Shown here: piece after piece, positions 63,021 to 64,000 of the stretch
Layout of the letters: each line of letters opens with the position of its first letter
Position numbering within the stretch: the first letter of the stretch is position 1
NCBI GenBank assembly: GCA_030390025.1
Contig: CM059431.1
Location: 95,792,001 to 95,856,000 of the forward strand
Direction of reading: 5' to 3'
Origin: Squalus acanthias
Lineage: Eukaryota
Length of the DNA stretch: 64,000 nt
Notes under the pieces: generated by a model
Seen by the model: only the letters and a program-made list of their open reading frames with translations
Databases searched by the model: none
What the model was told of the DNA's origin: nothing
Program-made: the position numbers and the translations under genes

Positions 63021-64000
63021 GTGTCGAGTGGATGATCCATATCGGCCTCCTCCTGAGGTCCCCACCATCACAGAAGCCTGTCTTCAGCCAATTCGATTCA
63101 CTGCATGTGATATCAAGAAACAGCTGAGCGCACTGGATATAGCAAAGGCTGTGGGCCCCAACAACATCTCAGCTATCGTGCTGAAGACTTGTGCTCCAGA
63201 ACTAGCCACGCATCTAGCCAAGCTGTTCCAGTACAGCTACAACAATGGCATCTATCCGACAATGTGGAAAACTGCCCAGGTATGTCCTGTCCACAAAAAG
63301 CAGGACAAATTCAATCCGGCCAATTACAACCCAATCAGACTACTCTCAACCATCAGCGAAGTGATGGAAGGTGTTATCGACAGTGCTATCAAGAGGCACT
63401 TACTCACTAATAACCTGCTCACTGATGCCGAGTTTGGGTACCGCCAGGACTACTCGGCTCCTGACCTCACTTCAGCCTTGGTCCAAACATGGACAAAGGA
63501 GCTGAATTCCAGAGGTGAGGTGAGAGTGACTGCCCTTGACATCAAAGCAGCATTTGACCGAGTGTGGCATCAAGGAGCCCTAGTAAAACTGAAATCAATG
63601 GGAATCGGGGGGAAAACTCTCCACTGGCTGAAGTCATACCTAGCACAAAGGAAGTTAGTTGTGGTGGTTGGAGGTCAATCATCACAGCCCCAGGACATCG
63701 CTGCAGGAGCTCCTCAGGGCAGTGTCCTAGGCCCAACCATCTTCTGCTGCTTCATCAACGACCTTCCCTCCAACATAAGCTCAGAAATGGGGATGTTCGC
63801 TGATGACTGCACAGTGTTCAGCGCCATTCACAACTCCTCAGATAATGAAGCAGTCCATGCCCGCATGCAACAAGACCTGGACGACATTCAGGCTTGGACT
63901 GATAAGTGGCAGGTAACATTTGCGCCACACAAGTGCCAGGCAATGACTATCTCCAACAAGCGAGTGTCTAACCACCGCCCCATGACATTCAACGGCATTA
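63021..64000 (+). mobile_element. Family B LINE RT region, runs off the window end
   Basis: Closely matches the reverse complement of about 8220-9200 (ALDIKAAFD, PQGSVLGP, FADD). Confidence 0.9.

Overview
This is eukaryotic, repeat-saturated DNA, most likely from a cartilaginous fish. That assignment is an inference from the Deu-domain tRNA-SINEs, vertebrate CR1 LINEs and the Penelope terminal-repeat types. I recognise no intact host gene. The window is a nest of decayed transposable elements: CR1 LINEs (some with SGNH-esterase ORF1), a second CR1/Jockey-group LINE family, a full-length Tx1/L1-clade LINE, an RTE element, four PIF/Harbinger transposons plus many Harbinger MITEs, a Tigger-like MITE, DeuSINEs and two Penelope-like families carrying minimal hammerhead ribozymes. 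The most unusual signal is at about 35.6-37.6 kb. Once a MITE is excised and frameshifts are bridged, a fossil class I viral fusion glycoprotein appears: RKKR furin site, fusion-peptide-like segment, heptad region, Cys-rich domain, transmembrane helix and basic tail. Its post-cleavage subunit is about 420 aa, resembling spuma-like/lokiretrovirus F-type Env rather than ordinary retroviral Env. A possible accessory ORF follows it, and no gag/pol is visible. Also notable are a Tx1 LINE inserted in the tRNA-derived head of a SINE with a 16-bp TSD, a TSD-bounded inverted Penelope pair, and a doubly inverted RTE insertion. All calls are by eye; no searches were run.
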